Assembly (NCBI GenBank): GCA_020053275.1
Contig: JAGVNL010000026.1
Location: 6,416 to 70,415, forward strand
Length of the DNA stretch: 64,000 bases
Source: a bacterium
GTDB lineage: Bacteria; Patescibacteriota; Patescibacteriia; UBA9934
Direction of reading: 5' to 3'
Below the pieces are notes generated by a model. That model saw only the letters and a program-made list of their open reading frames with translations. It was not told the DNA's origin and made no database searches. Shown here piece after piece: positions 19,198 to 27,911 of the stretch; the stretch's first letter is position 1, and every line of letters starts with the position of its first letter. The position numbers were made by a program, and so were the translations under genes.

Positions 19198-20082
19198 CTA
19201 ACCTCGCTTAATTACTGCCGCCCCATACGCTAGCACGATGAACAACGGTGCCAGAATCCACAATATCATCGCCGGGCCTACACCGTGGTGCTTGGCAAAA
19301 TATTTTCGCATACTCTCCCTCACCCACTTCTGTTTGCGGATTGTTGCCAATTGGTCAAAAGTGTGACCCTTATGATGAACAATCTCTACATCCGCATAAT
19401 GACGAATCTTAAAGCCAGCGTCATATGCCATTTTACAATAATCCACCTCCTCAAACCAAATAAAGTAGCGCTCATCAAACAAACCAATCTTCTCAATCAC
19501 ACTCCGGCGAATCATCATGAACGCCCCCATGATCGAATCCACATCCTGCGTTTTAAAAGCATCCACATCTCGCATCATATAGTCATCAATGCTCCATACT
19601 CGACGAATGAAATGCGGCACCTTGAGCATGATCAGTAGCTGGTCTATCATCCTAGGGAAACGGCGAATACTGTCCTGTAGCTCACCGTTCGGATAACGAA
19701 TAATGCAACTCCCAATCCCCACCTCCGTATCCGCATCCATATGCTTGACCATTTGTTCGATGGCATCTGGCGGCACAACAGTATCCGGGTTCAAAAGAAG
19801 AACATAGCGCCCAGTCGCCAACCTCATTCCCTGATTCACCGCCGCCGCGAACCCTCGATTAATATTATTCGCGATGTACTCAGCATCGGGCAATAACTCA
19901 TTAACGAGTTCCTTCGTGGCCAAACTTCCAGCGTTATCGACCACTATCAATTCATAATCACAGGTCTCTAAGTGACCTGCCCTGTCTCTAAGAGACCTGG
20001 AGCTCGCAACCGCCGCCAAACACGCCGCCAGCACTTCAGGCGCTTCTTTGTAAGTTAGGATAACGATTGATACATCGGTCAT
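19198..20082 (-). CDS. Glycosyltransferase family 2 (carries an in-frame palindromic insert)
   Basis: SIVILTY, IVVDN, NRGFAAAVNQG, LLLNPDT, FDERYFIWFEEVD. Confidence 0.92.
   Translation of the reverse strand: MTDVSIVILTYKEAPEVLAACLAAVASSRSLRDRAGHLETCDYELIVVDNAGSLATKELVNELLPDAEYIANNINRGFAAAVNQGMRLATGRYVLLLNPDTVVPPDAIEQMVKHMDADTEVGIGSCIIRYPNGELQDSIRRFPRMIDQLLIMLKVPHFIRRVWSIDDYMMRDVDAFKTQDVDSIMGAFMMIRRSVIEKIGLFDERYFIWFEEVDYCKMAYDAGFKIRHYADVEIVHHKGHTFDQLATIRKQKWVRESMRKYFAKHHGVGPAMILWILAPLFIVLAYGAAVIKRG
19961..19999. repeat. 39-bp palindrome doublet, in-frame copy 1
   Basis: caggtctctaagtgacctg-c-cctgtctctaagagacctg; translated as RSLRDRAGHLET. Confidence 0.85.
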
Positions 20083-20813
20083 ACAAGATGATGTTTTTTA
20101 ACAATTATCTTCCGCGCTGCCTCGTACCGGCTAACTCGTGCTGGCTTCCACGGCAACCAACGCCACGGTAGCTGGTAGACAAATGACGGCAACCAACTGG
20201 AACCAATTCGCGAAGCTCCTTCAATACGGACATTAAACCAAACACCCCCACGAATAGCTGAGCTGGCAGGCACCAACACACCCTCGAACCCGCGTTCGAG
20301 CATAGTCAACCAAACATCCCAATCCTGGAATCGTTTGATGGTCTCGTCAAAGCCAGAAAAGACGCTGTGCTTAACCAAACAAGTTGTATGAATATAATTT
20401 ACGCGTCGTAAACGAGCGGCAGAGAAAGGCACCCCGCGAAATACCTTCCAACCAAAACGGAATCCAGTATACGCATAACCAACATTACTTGGCGCCGACT
20501 CAAGTGTCGCAAAACATTTAGTCAACATTCCTGGCTTCAGAACGACATCCGCATCTGCAAACATGAGATACTTACCCGTCGCCGCATACAGGCCTCGGTT
20601 GCGAGCTGGGTTAGAACCTTTGTTCTCTTGGCGAATAACCGTCACTCTATTCGCATATTTCTTCAACACCGCTGGCGTATTATCCGTACTCCCATCGTCG
20701 ACAACAATCACTTCAATCCCAACTCCCGCCTGTGCCAAAATAGAATCCAAACAAGCCGGTAGTGTTGCCGCGTGTTGATATGTTGGCACAATTACGGAAA
20801 TGAGTGGCTTCAT
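20079..20813 (-). CDS. Glycosyltransferase family 2
   Basis: ISVIVPTY, VVDDGSTD, ARNRG, FADAD, QDWDVW. Confidence 0.92.
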   Translation of the reverse strand: MKPLISVIVPTYQHAATLPACLDSILAQAGVGIEVIVVDDGSTDNTPAVLKKYANRVTVIRQENKGSNPARNRGLYAATGKYLMFADADVVLKPGMLTKCFATLESAPSNVGYAYTGFRFGWKVFRGVPFSAARLRRVNYIHTTCLVKHSVFSGFDETIKRFQDWDVWLTMLERGFEGVLVPASSAIRGGVWFNVRIEGASRIGSSWLPSFVYQLPWRWLPWKPARVSRYEAARKIIVKKHHLV

Positions 20814-20814
20814 A

Positions 20815-21870
20815 CTAACTCAGTAATTCATCTAACTTCGACATCTGCGCCAACCTTGTAAACTCCGCCAACACTCGTTCTCTCCCCCTCTTTCCTTGTT
20901 CCTCGCCGAGCCTCTCATCGTTTTGATATCTCTCGATGGCCTTCGTTAGTTCTTCGACCGAGCCATCGATAAGTGTGCCAGTCATATTATCGATAACTGC
21001 CTCGTCAACACCGGGTGTGTTATTGGCGATAACTGGCAAGCCGAACAGCCCAGCCTCAAGATAAACTATACCGAACCCCTCGCGATCCGTCGCCGTCTTC
21101 TTAGCTGGCATCACAAACACATCAGCATCACGGTAAAACTGCACCAGTTCATCATTACTAACGATACTATGCACAGTTACACGGTTGCCTAAACCGAGTT
21201 CTACAATCTTCTCCTCGATGACCTTTAGGTATGGTCCATCACCCACAATATCATATCTAACCTCAGGCAAGTTCTTAATGGCTTCGAGTACCGGCAAATG
21301 GCCTTTGCGTTCCACCAACCTCGCCACCGTCAGCAGCCTTAGCCCAACCTCATCGTTTTTTATTCCATCGATTACCTTCGCGGCAGCCACCATCTCATCC
21401 GCCACACACGGATAAACCACTAACGGCTTCACACCTAGCACAAAGCCCGCCACCTCACCCGCCAATGCAGCTGAGTTCGTCACCACCTTCTTAGCGAGCC
21501 TCAATATTCTCTTCGTTAATTCTCTTCTGATAAGTCCTTGTCGAGCTAAGTCAAAATCCAACCCATGCAGAAAAATAACATACGGTTTACCACCAAGTAA
21601 CTTCGCTGCCAACGCCGCCGTCCCCAATGGCAACACATGCTGAATCCACAGCTGATCATAGTCTTTTCGTCTCAACCACAACATTTTCAACATGCCATAG
21701 TAACTCCAGGTCTCCAAGTGACCTGACAGGTCTCTAAGAGACCTTGGTGCCATCGTAAAAACCGTCACTTCCACATTCCCAGGAAAAGTTTTCTTGATAG
21801 CCTCAATATAGCGAGCAATCCCGCCCTTGAAACCTGGCGCTTCAATTGTCGGCAAAAGAATGCGAGCCAT
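20815..21870 (-). CDS. Glycosyltransferase family 4 (carries an in-frame palindromic insert)
   Basis: GGIARY, LTVARLVERKG, EGFGIVYLEA; start at MARILLPT. Confidence 0.92.
   Translation of the reverse strand: MARILLPTIEAPGFKGGIARYIEAIKKTFPGNVEVTVFTMAPRSLRDLSGHLETWSYYGMLKMLWLRRKDYDQLWIQHVLPLGTAALAAKLLGGKPYVIFLHGLDFDLARQGLIRRELTKRILRLAKKVVTNSAALAGEVAGFVLGVKPLVVYPCVADEMVAAAKVIDGIKNDEVGLRLLTVARLVERKGHLPVLEAIKNLPEVRYDIVGDGPYLKVIEEKIVELGLGNRVTVHSIVSNDELVQFYRDADVFVMPAKKTATDREGFGIVYLEAGLFGLPVIANNTPGVDEAVIDNMTGTLIDGSVEELTKAIERYQNDERLGEEQGKRGRERVLAEFTRLAQMSKLDELLS
21707..21745. repeat. 39-bp palindrome doublet, in-frame copy 2
   Basis: caggtctccaagtgacctg-a-caggtctctaagagacctt; 34/39 identical to copy 1; translated as RSLRDLSGHLET. 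Confidence 0.85.
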
Positions 21871-21871
21871 A

Positions 21872-23302
21872 TTAACGGCGACGCAGTAACGCCCGGAATG
21901 ACCTGGCATGATCAAGAGTAAAGGCTCGGCTGACAAATATACAAATAAGATAAACTACAGCCCCGACTATCATCGACACAACAAACGGCACATATGACTT
22001 TACTGCAAAGACAGCTAACGCCATTACCAAACCAGAAGCATAAAAGCCACCAACGCTCTTAACCAACTCGACAAATTTGAGGGAGGCTATTGGCGACACA
22101 AAATACCAGCCAACAACGAACATGAAGACGAAAGATATAATAGCTGCCACACAGGCGCCGGCAATACCGAGGATTGGAATTAGAATTATATTTGCGACGG
22201 CATTAATAACCATGACGACTCCCATGATGGCAGTTTTTATGTGCTGGCGACGGGTGGCGTTGAGCAGTGATCCGATCGGGAAGTCGAGAAATATTGGCAA
22301 GAGGACGAAAATTAAAATCGACAAAGGAATGGCAGCATTCGCGTAGTCAGGGTTAAAGTAACTAATAATTTCTGGCGCCAAGGACCAAATACCAAAAACT
22401 ATTGGTGCGGCTAAAAACGAAACATACCATTCAGCATCAAGGAAAATCTTTTTCAAGCGAGCAGGGTCATCCGCCGCCGCGCTCATGGTTGGGTAGAGCG
22501 CTCCAACAAATGCTAATGGCAAGAACTGAAAAGCATAAGTCAACTTATAGGCGACGCTATAAACACCAACCGATGCTTGACCAAGAATAGCATTCAGCAC
22601 AAAGCTGTCAAAGTAGGAATAGACCTTAACAAAGATGGCTGCCAAGAAAAACGGTAGGGCCATACGCAACAGTACGGCGTCAAACTTGATTGAAGGCACT
22701 AAAGCTTTTATGCCCAAACGACGGGTAACCTGCCATGCACCGAATATAAGATTGAAACAACTGCCGAGCGTCAATGCAATAACTAAACTCGTCAGGGTGG
22801 CATGATGCGTAACAATCAATCCTATACCGAGCAGCGTCGACAACAACTGCCCAGTAAAGATACCAAGTGATTCATACTGCAAAATTTGCAGGCCGCGCAG
22901 TACACCATAAAATGTGAGCGACAGAGTGTCCGCTATCATGATACCGAGCGCTACTATCACCAAACCCTGCACCTCGTGGCTGTAGCCAAGCGTCGACGGC
23001 AATACAAAAAGAGCAATGATCGATAACGGAATAGTAAACACTTTGTAACCAAGCACGCTGCGCAACCACCTTACTGCGTCCCCTGGCGTTCTAGCCACCT
23101 CGCGAGTCAAGACACTCGTCAACCCAATGTCATCAAAGACGCCAATCATGACAACTAAGCCGAGCGCTAAAAAGTAAGCACCGTTCCCGCTACTCCCCAA
23201 ATAATTCGCCAGTACAGCAAAATAGGCAAAAGCTATGCACTTCTGCCCAATACTCGCCGCTGTCAAAAACAAGGTATTTTTAGCCAATATGCTACCTGCC
23301 AT
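21872..23302 (-). CDS. Polysaccharide flippase (Wzx/MOP family)
   Basis: 12-14 TM segments, DIGLTSVLTRE, VGVYSVAYKL, LIPILGIAGA. Confidence 0.9.
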   Translation of the reverse strand: MAGSILAKNTLFLTAASIGQKCIAFAYFAVLANYLGSSGNGAYFLALGLVVMIGVFDDIGLTSVLTREVARTPGDAVRWLRSVLGYKVFTIPLSIIALFVLPSTLGYSHEVQGLVIVALGIMIADTLSLTFYGVLRGLQILQYESLGIFTGQLLSTLLGIGLIVTHHATLTSLVIALTLGSCFNLIFGAWQVTRRLGIKALVPSIKFDAVLLRMALPFFLAAIFVKVYSYFDSFVLNAILGQASVGVYSVAYKLTYAFQFLPLAFVGALYPTMSAAADDPARLKKIFLDAEWYVSFLAAPIVFGIWSLAPEIISYFNPDYANAAIPLSILIFVLLPIFLDFPIGSLLNATRRQHIKTAIMGVVMVINAVANIILIPILGIAGACVAAIISFVFMFVVGWYFVSPIASLKFVELVKSVGGFYASGLVMALAVFAVKSYVPFVVSMIVGAVVYLICIFVSRAFTLDHARSFRALLRRR

Positions 23303-23339
23303 GTGGCTGTATGGTAGCGCAAAATGGCAATTACGACAA

Positions 23340-23369
23340 CAGAAATCCCCCGTAAACGGAGGATGTCTG
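23340..23369 (-). terminator. Hairpin downstream of rpsI
   Basis: Imperfect stem cagaaatcccccgt-aa-acggaggatgtctg. Confidence 0.5.
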
Positions 23370-23391
23370 CTGGCCGTAGTTAATCAGAGGA

Positions 23392-23787
23392 TTAACGCTT
23401 GCGCCACTGTGGTGAACGGCGAGCACCATGCTTACCGAACTTCTTGCGTTCCTTCTTGCGAGGATCACGAGTTAAGAGGCTCTGGGCCTTCAAAGTTGCC
23501 TTGAGAGCTTCGTCCATCATGACGAGGGCTCGAGCAATACCGAGCTTTACGGCGTCGGACTGACCGGTTGGGCCACCACCAACAGTCTTGATAGTGACAT
23601 CCATGCTGGTCAGGTTGCCTGTCTCCTTGAGTGGGCGTTCCACCGAGGCTTGTAAGGTTGGAGTGGTGAAGAACTCCTTATATGGTTTACCGTTTACAGT
23701 GATCTTGCCACTGCCAGCTGGGTACAAACGAACCTGAGCTATTGCAGTTTTACGACGACCGACGGATTGGAAATATTTTTCAGCCAT
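23392..23787 (-). CDS. rpsI: 30S ribosomal protein S9
   Basis: GRRKTAIA, GGGPTGQ, LTRDPRKKERKK...QWRKR. Confidence 0.98.
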   Translation of the reverse strand: MAEKYFQSVGRRKTAIAQVRLYPAGSGKITVNGKPYKEFFTTPTLQASVERPLKETGNLTSMDVTIKTVGGGPTGQSDAVKLGIARALVMMDEALKATLKAQSLLTRDPRKKERKKFGKHGARRSPQWRKR

Positions 23788-23788
23788 A

Positions 23789-24157
23789 TTAGGAAATTGA
23801 CAACCGCTTCATACGGTTCGTGCGGTGCTTGTTCTTTGGAAGCATACGGGACACTGCGGCGCGGAGAACGGAAGCTGGATCCTTTTCCCACATAACTCGC
23901 ATAGTAGTCTCGTGAATACCGCCTGGGTGACCGCTATGGTGGAAATACTTTTTGTCTTCGTACTTCTTACCAGTCACTTTAATACCGGAGCAGTTGGTAA
24001 CGACCACGATGTTGCCAGCGTCTACATTCGGCTGGTAAACAGCACTGGTCTTGCCCATCAGGTTCATGGCAATTTGTGTTGCCAAGCGACCAAGGATCTT
24101 ACCAGCGGCGTCAAAGGCCACCGTCTTACGGACTGGATTGATTATAGTATTTGCCAT
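23789..24157 (-). CDS. rplM: 50S ribosomal protein L13
   Basis: DAAGKILGRLAT, YFHHSGHPGG, RMLPKN. Confidence 0.97.
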   Translation of the reverse strand: MANTIINPVRKTVAFDAAGKILGRLATQIAMNLMGKTSAVYQPNVDAGNIVVVTNCSGIKVTGKKYEDKKYFHHSGHPGGIHETTMRVMWEKDPASVLRAAVSRMLPKNKHRTNRMKRLSIS

Positions 24158-24159
24158 AT

Positions 24160-24510
24160 TTAGACGAATTCGATGAGTGCCAAGTCGGCCGCATCACCCT
24201 GACGAGCACCGAGTTTGGTAATCCGAGTATAACCACCAGTACGGGTCATGAAACGAGGTCCCAAGACTTCGAGCAGCTTTTTGACTGGCTGTTCAGTAGT
24301 GAAGTAGCCAAGCAAGGCGCGGCGAGTGGCCAGGTCATTCTTGCGAGCCAAGGTAACCAACTTCTCTACCGCTGGCCTGGCATACTTAGCCCGAGCAATG
24401 GTTGTCTCTACCTTCTCGTAGGTAATGAGACTGGTAACCAAGTCGCGTAGTAATGCTTTGCGGCCAGAGGTATGGCGACTAAAGGTTTTCTTATTTTTAC
24501 GATGTCGCAT
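24160..24510 (-). CDS. rplQ: 50S ribosomal protein L17
   Basis: MRHRK, ETTIARAK, RTGGYTRI, RQGDAA. Confidence 0.98.
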   Translation of the reverse strand: MRHRKNKKTFSRHTSGRKALLRDLVTSLITYEKVETTIARAKYARPAVEKLVTLARKNDLATRRALLGYFTTEQPVKKLLEVLGPRFMTRTGGYTRITKLGARQGDAADLALIEFV

Positions 24511-24515
24511 AACTG

Positions 24516-25259
24516 TTAGCCTTCGGCCGAAGCATCAGATGCTTTCGCAATCTGTTCGGTGAGTGAGGCGTGACTCAACTGGCTTTGAATCCAGGTGAAG
24601 TGATTGAGAATAATTTTGGTGGCGTGTTCGACTGCTTCCTGCGGCGTCACCGTGCCGTCTGTGATGATGTTCATGATGACCTTGTCGTAGTTGGTAATTT
24701 CACCAACGCGCGTGTTCTCAATGCGGATACCACACTGGCGCACCGGGCTGAACAAAGCGTCCACACCGATCATACCAATCTCTGTGTTTGGTACTTCGCG
24801 CTCCTCGGTTGGCATGTAACCACGGCCACGAGATACCACGATGTCCATTTCGAAGTTGATGCTGTCGGTCAGCGTGCAAAGTACTAAGTCTGGGTTCATG
24901 ATTTCCACATCAGCGTTGGCAGAAATGTCTGCAGCGGTGACGATACCTGGCTTGTTAGCTGTTACGCGTAAAATTACAGGCTCTTCTGAGTGTACCTTCA
25001 TGCGCAACTGCTTCAGGTTCAACATGACCTCCAAACCATCTTCTTTGACACCGGTGATGGCAGCAAACTCATGCTGCACACCCTTGATCTTCATGGCTGT
25101 AACTGCCGCACCAGGCAAAGACGAAAGCAATACTCGGCGCAGTGAGTTGCCAACTGTAGTGCCATATCCATGATGGAGAGGCTCGATGGTAAGAATGGCC
25201 TCGTGCTCTTGTTCACCGGTCGTGAAGTACATCTTTGACGGAAGAAGAATGTTCTCCAT
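24516..25259 (-). CDS. rpoA: RNA polymerase alpha subunit (no C-terminal domain)
   Basis: EPLHHGYGTTVGNSLRRVLLSSLPGAA, GVKED, GRGY, DALFSPV, TDGTVTP; ends at 247 aa. Confidence 0.95.
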   Translation of the reverse strand: MENILLPSKMYFTTGEQEHEAILTIEPLHHGYGTTVGNSLRRVLLSSLPGAAVTAMKIKGVQHEFAAITGVKEDGLEVMLNLKQLRMKVHSEEPVILRVTANKPGIVTAADISANADVEIMNPDLVLCTLTDSINFEMDIVVSRGRGYMPTEEREVPNTEIGMIGVDALFSPVRQCGIRIENTRVGEITNYDKVIMNIITDGTVTPQEAVEHATKIILNHFTWIQSQLSHASLTEQIAKASDASAEG

Positions 25260-25271
25260 AGGATGATGGGA

Positions 25272-25895
25272 TTAGCGCATCGAGTAAAACTCGACGATAA
25301 GTTTAGGATCAAACACTTCCTTAAGGTCCTCGCCTGCCGGAATGCTGACCACTTTGCCCACATTATTCTCCATATTGAGCCAACCAGGAACGGTTGTGGT
25401 CTTCAAACGATCACTGAGGTCGCTGAATACTTTCTTTTCCTTCTTGTTCTCACGAAGCCCTACCACATCGCCGACACGGACCTGATATGAAGGAATGTTT
25501 ACCTTGATACCATTCACCGTGAACATACCGTGGCTAACCATTTGACGAGCCTGTGGCCTAGTCTTGGCAAAACCGAGACGGAAGGCTGCATTGTCCAAGC
25601 GAAGCTCGAGCAAGCGGCACAACTGTTCGCCAGTGTTACCTTCCGCTTTCTCTGCCTTGGCAAAGTAGTTGCGGAACTGTCGCTCCATGATGCCGTACAA
25701 TCGTTTAGCTTTTTGCTTCTCTCGTAGCTGCTGGCCATAGACCGAGAGGCGTGATGGGCGACCCATGTTCTTTTTACCGTGCACACCCGGTGGGTATGGA
25801 CGCTTTTGCATGAGCTTGAGGATGCTGGAACTCGTGGAAAGTGGGACGCCTTCACGACGACTCATCTTGCCGAGTTTATTTAATGTTTTTCCCAT
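25272..25895 (-). CDS. rpsD: 30S ribosomal protein S4
   Basis: YGQQLREKQK, LELRLDN, ARQMVSHG, IVEFYS. Confidence 0.98.
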   Translation of the reverse strand: MGKTLNKLGKMSRREGVPLSTSSSILKLMQKRPYPPGVHGKKNMGRPSRLSVYGQQLREKQKAKRLYGIMERQFRNYFAKAEKAEGNTGEQLCRLLELRLDNAAFRLGFAKTRPQARQMVSHGMFTVNGIKVNIPSYQVRVGDVVGLRENKKEKKVFSDLSDRLKTTTVPGWLNMENNVGKVVSIPAGEDLKEVFDPKLIVEFYSMR

Positions 25896-25898
25896 AGA

Positions 25899-26366
25899 TT
25901 ACATGCGTCGTGCTCGACGAGGACGGCAGCCGTTGTGGGCTACTGGTGTCAAGTCGTTGATCGAGAGAACATTGAAACCGTTACCGTTCAAAGCGCGCAG
26001 GGCTCCGTCGCGGCCATTGCCGATACCACTAACGAAAACATGCAAATCTTTGAGTCCGTACACTGCACTAGCCTCCGCAATCTTTTTGACGATGACGCTA
26101 GCAGCGTATGGAGTAGCCTTCTTAGGACCTTTGAAGCCACAGTTACCGGCGCTAGACCAAGTAACAGTGTTGCCGTTTGGATCCGTCAGAGTAACGATGG
26201 TGTTGTTGAAACTGGCTTGGATGTAAGCACGACCCTGTGGAATAGTCCGCATCACGCGCTTCTTACCTTTGGCTGTGCGGAGTGTCTTGTCGGCCTTACC
26301 TTTACCAACTGGAGCTTTCGCCTCAGTTGGCTCGGCAGCCTTATCTTGGATTATTTCATCAGTCAT
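25899..26366 (-). CDS. rpsK: 30S ribosomal protein S11
   Basis: ASFNNTIVT, WSSAG, KATPYAA, TPVAHNGCRP. Confidence 0.98.
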   Translation of the reverse strand: MTDEIIQDKAAEPTEAKAPVGKGKADKTLRTAKGKKRVMRTIPQGRAYIQASFNNTIVTLTDPNGNTVTWSSAGNCGFKGPKKATPYAASVIVKKIAEASAVYGLKDLHVFVSGIGNGRDGALRALNGNGFNVLSINDLTPVAHNGCRPRRARRM

Positions 26367-26374
26367 AGTCAGGC

Positions 26375-26761
26375 TTATGTCTTGGTGAGCATTCGGCGAC
26401 CACTGCCGGCCGTCTTACGAACATTGCCTCGTACTGTACGAGAGTTCGACTTGGTTCGTTGACCACGAACTGGCAAGTTCTTAGAGTGACGGGATCCGCG
26501 GTAAGAACCAATGTCTTTCAGGCGCTTAATGTGACCCATTACTTCGCGACGCAATTCACCTTCTACGCGGAATTCTTTTTCCACAATCAAGCGGATGGAG
26601 TTTTCCTCGTCTGGGGTTAAATCCTTGACGCGAGTCTCGGCACTTACCTTAGAACGGGTTAAAATGTCTGCTGCACGGGTCTCACCAACTCCGTAAATAT
26701 ATTGGAGGGCAATGACGATGCGCTTGTTGTTTGGGAGTGTTACTCCAGCAATGCGGGCCAT
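26375..26761 (-). CDS. rpsM: 30S ribosomal protein S13
   Basis: [27 protein letters not shown]. Confidence 0.98.
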   Translation of the reverse strand: MARIAGVTLPNNKRIVIALQYIYGVGETRAADILTRSKVSAETRVKDLTPDEENSIRLIVEKEFRVEGELRREVMGHIKRLKDIGSYRGSRHSKNLPVRGQRTKSNSRTVRGNVRKTAGSGRRMLTKT

Positions 26762-26764
26762 AGG

Positions 26765-26881
26765 CTAACCTTGTCGTTGTTTATGTTTTGGACTCTTTGG
26801 GCAAATGACATGTACTCGACCCTGGCGGCGAACCACCTGGCAGTCGCGACACATCGGCTTCACTGATGCACGAACTTTCAT
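26765..26881 (-). CDS. rpmJ: 50S ribosomal protein L36 (absent from the ORF track)
   Basis: Manual translation [38 protein letters not shown]. Confidence 0.97.
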   Translation of the reverse strand: MKVRASVKPMCRDCQVVRRQGRVHVICPKSPKHKQRQG

Positions 26882-26979
26882 ACGCAGATTAATTGACGAA
26901 CTAGGTTTTAGCGTGTCTTACGACAAAATCATCCGGCAAACGGGGGATGATTTTGACGAAGGATGTCATGCCTTCCCGC

Positions 26980-27195
26980 CTAGAAACGGAAAGTGATGCG
27001 TCCTTTTGTGAGATCGTACGGACTGATCTCTACTTTGACATCGTCACCTGGCAGGATACGAATGCGGTTTTGACGCATTTTTCCGGACAAATGAGCGAGA
27101 ATCTCTTGGTCGTTCTCGAGTGTTACTCGGAACGCTCCTGCGGGCAAGGCCTCCATAACCTCTCCCCGCATCTCAATGAACTGCTTTTCTACCAT
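26980..27195 (-). CDS. infA: Translation initiation factor IF-1
   Basis: [38 protein letters not shown]. Confidence 0.98.
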   Translation of the reverse strand: MVEKQFIEMRGEVMEALPAGAFRVTLENDQEILAHLSGKMRQNRIRILPGDDVKVEISPYDLTKGRITFRF

Positions 27196-27304
27196 AGTGT
27201 AGCGGGACTATAGCAAATCTTCGCTAAGTATGCAAGAAAAGCCTGGTTTCTTGAGCTGGCGATATGGTAATGCATGCAAGATTTACTGTCAATTATTTGA
27301 TGTA

Positions 27305-27874
27305 TTATTTCTTCTCACTATTCCCAAACATCTTATTGAACCAACCCTTCACATTCTCAACTAATCCTTTTGCTGGCTTTTTCTCGGTAGAGCTGTAAGT
27401 CCTGTCCCACCCGCTTCTCCCTTCTGTTAGTACCGCTGTTTTTACGCCACCGAGCTCTGGAGGCAAGCCTGGCCGAGATGGCACCCCCTTAACAGCCGCC
27501 GTCCTGACACCCTTCAATTCTGGCGGTAAAGGCGCTGCATCGACCACAGGCTCTCCTTCGCCTCCCTCCACCACCAAATTACCCTTTTTATCCAAAACCA
27601 AATACTCGGTATCCGCCTCAGGTCGAGCCTTCATCCCCTTGCCTGCCTCTAGTTTAGCTCGAATCTCACCCACACGCTTGTCTGCAAAAGTGGTATCAAC
27701 CGCCTTCCAATCTTCAAGTTGTGCCTTGCCACTTGCAGCCTCAACTAATCTACCTCGCATAGCGGCATCCTCCTTAGCGTTTTGCCTCCTTGCCTGCTGT
27801 TCAGGCGACATCCGAATATAAGTTTCAGGCCTTTTATCACCTCCTCGCTCCCCGCCAGATGATCGTTCTACCAT
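27305..27874 (-). CDS. Hypothetical protein with an internal duplication
   Basis: 189-aa charged ORF filling the gap; LPPELKGVRTA / LPPELGGVKTA repeat. Confidence 0.65.
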   Translation of the reverse strand: MVERSSGGERGGDKRPETYIRMSPEQQARRQNAKEDAAMRGRLVEAASGKAQLEDWKAVDTTFADKRVGEIRAKLEAGKGMKARPEADTEYLVLDKKGNLVVEGGEGEPVVDAAPLPPELKGVRTAAVKGVPSRPGLPPELGGVKTAVLTEGRSGWDRTYSSTEKKPAKGLVENVKGWFNKMFGNSEKK

Positions 27875-27911
27875 AAAATTGATTCAATTTTTAATCTCTT
27901 AAAGTATACCA

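Noticed and set aside
20245-20271. PASSAIRGG segment in the second GT2 as a degenerate copy of the gcctgcccagctcc hairpin element
   Set aside because: Only about 12 nt match and there is no intact hairpin. It cannot be separated from chance without an orthologue alignment.
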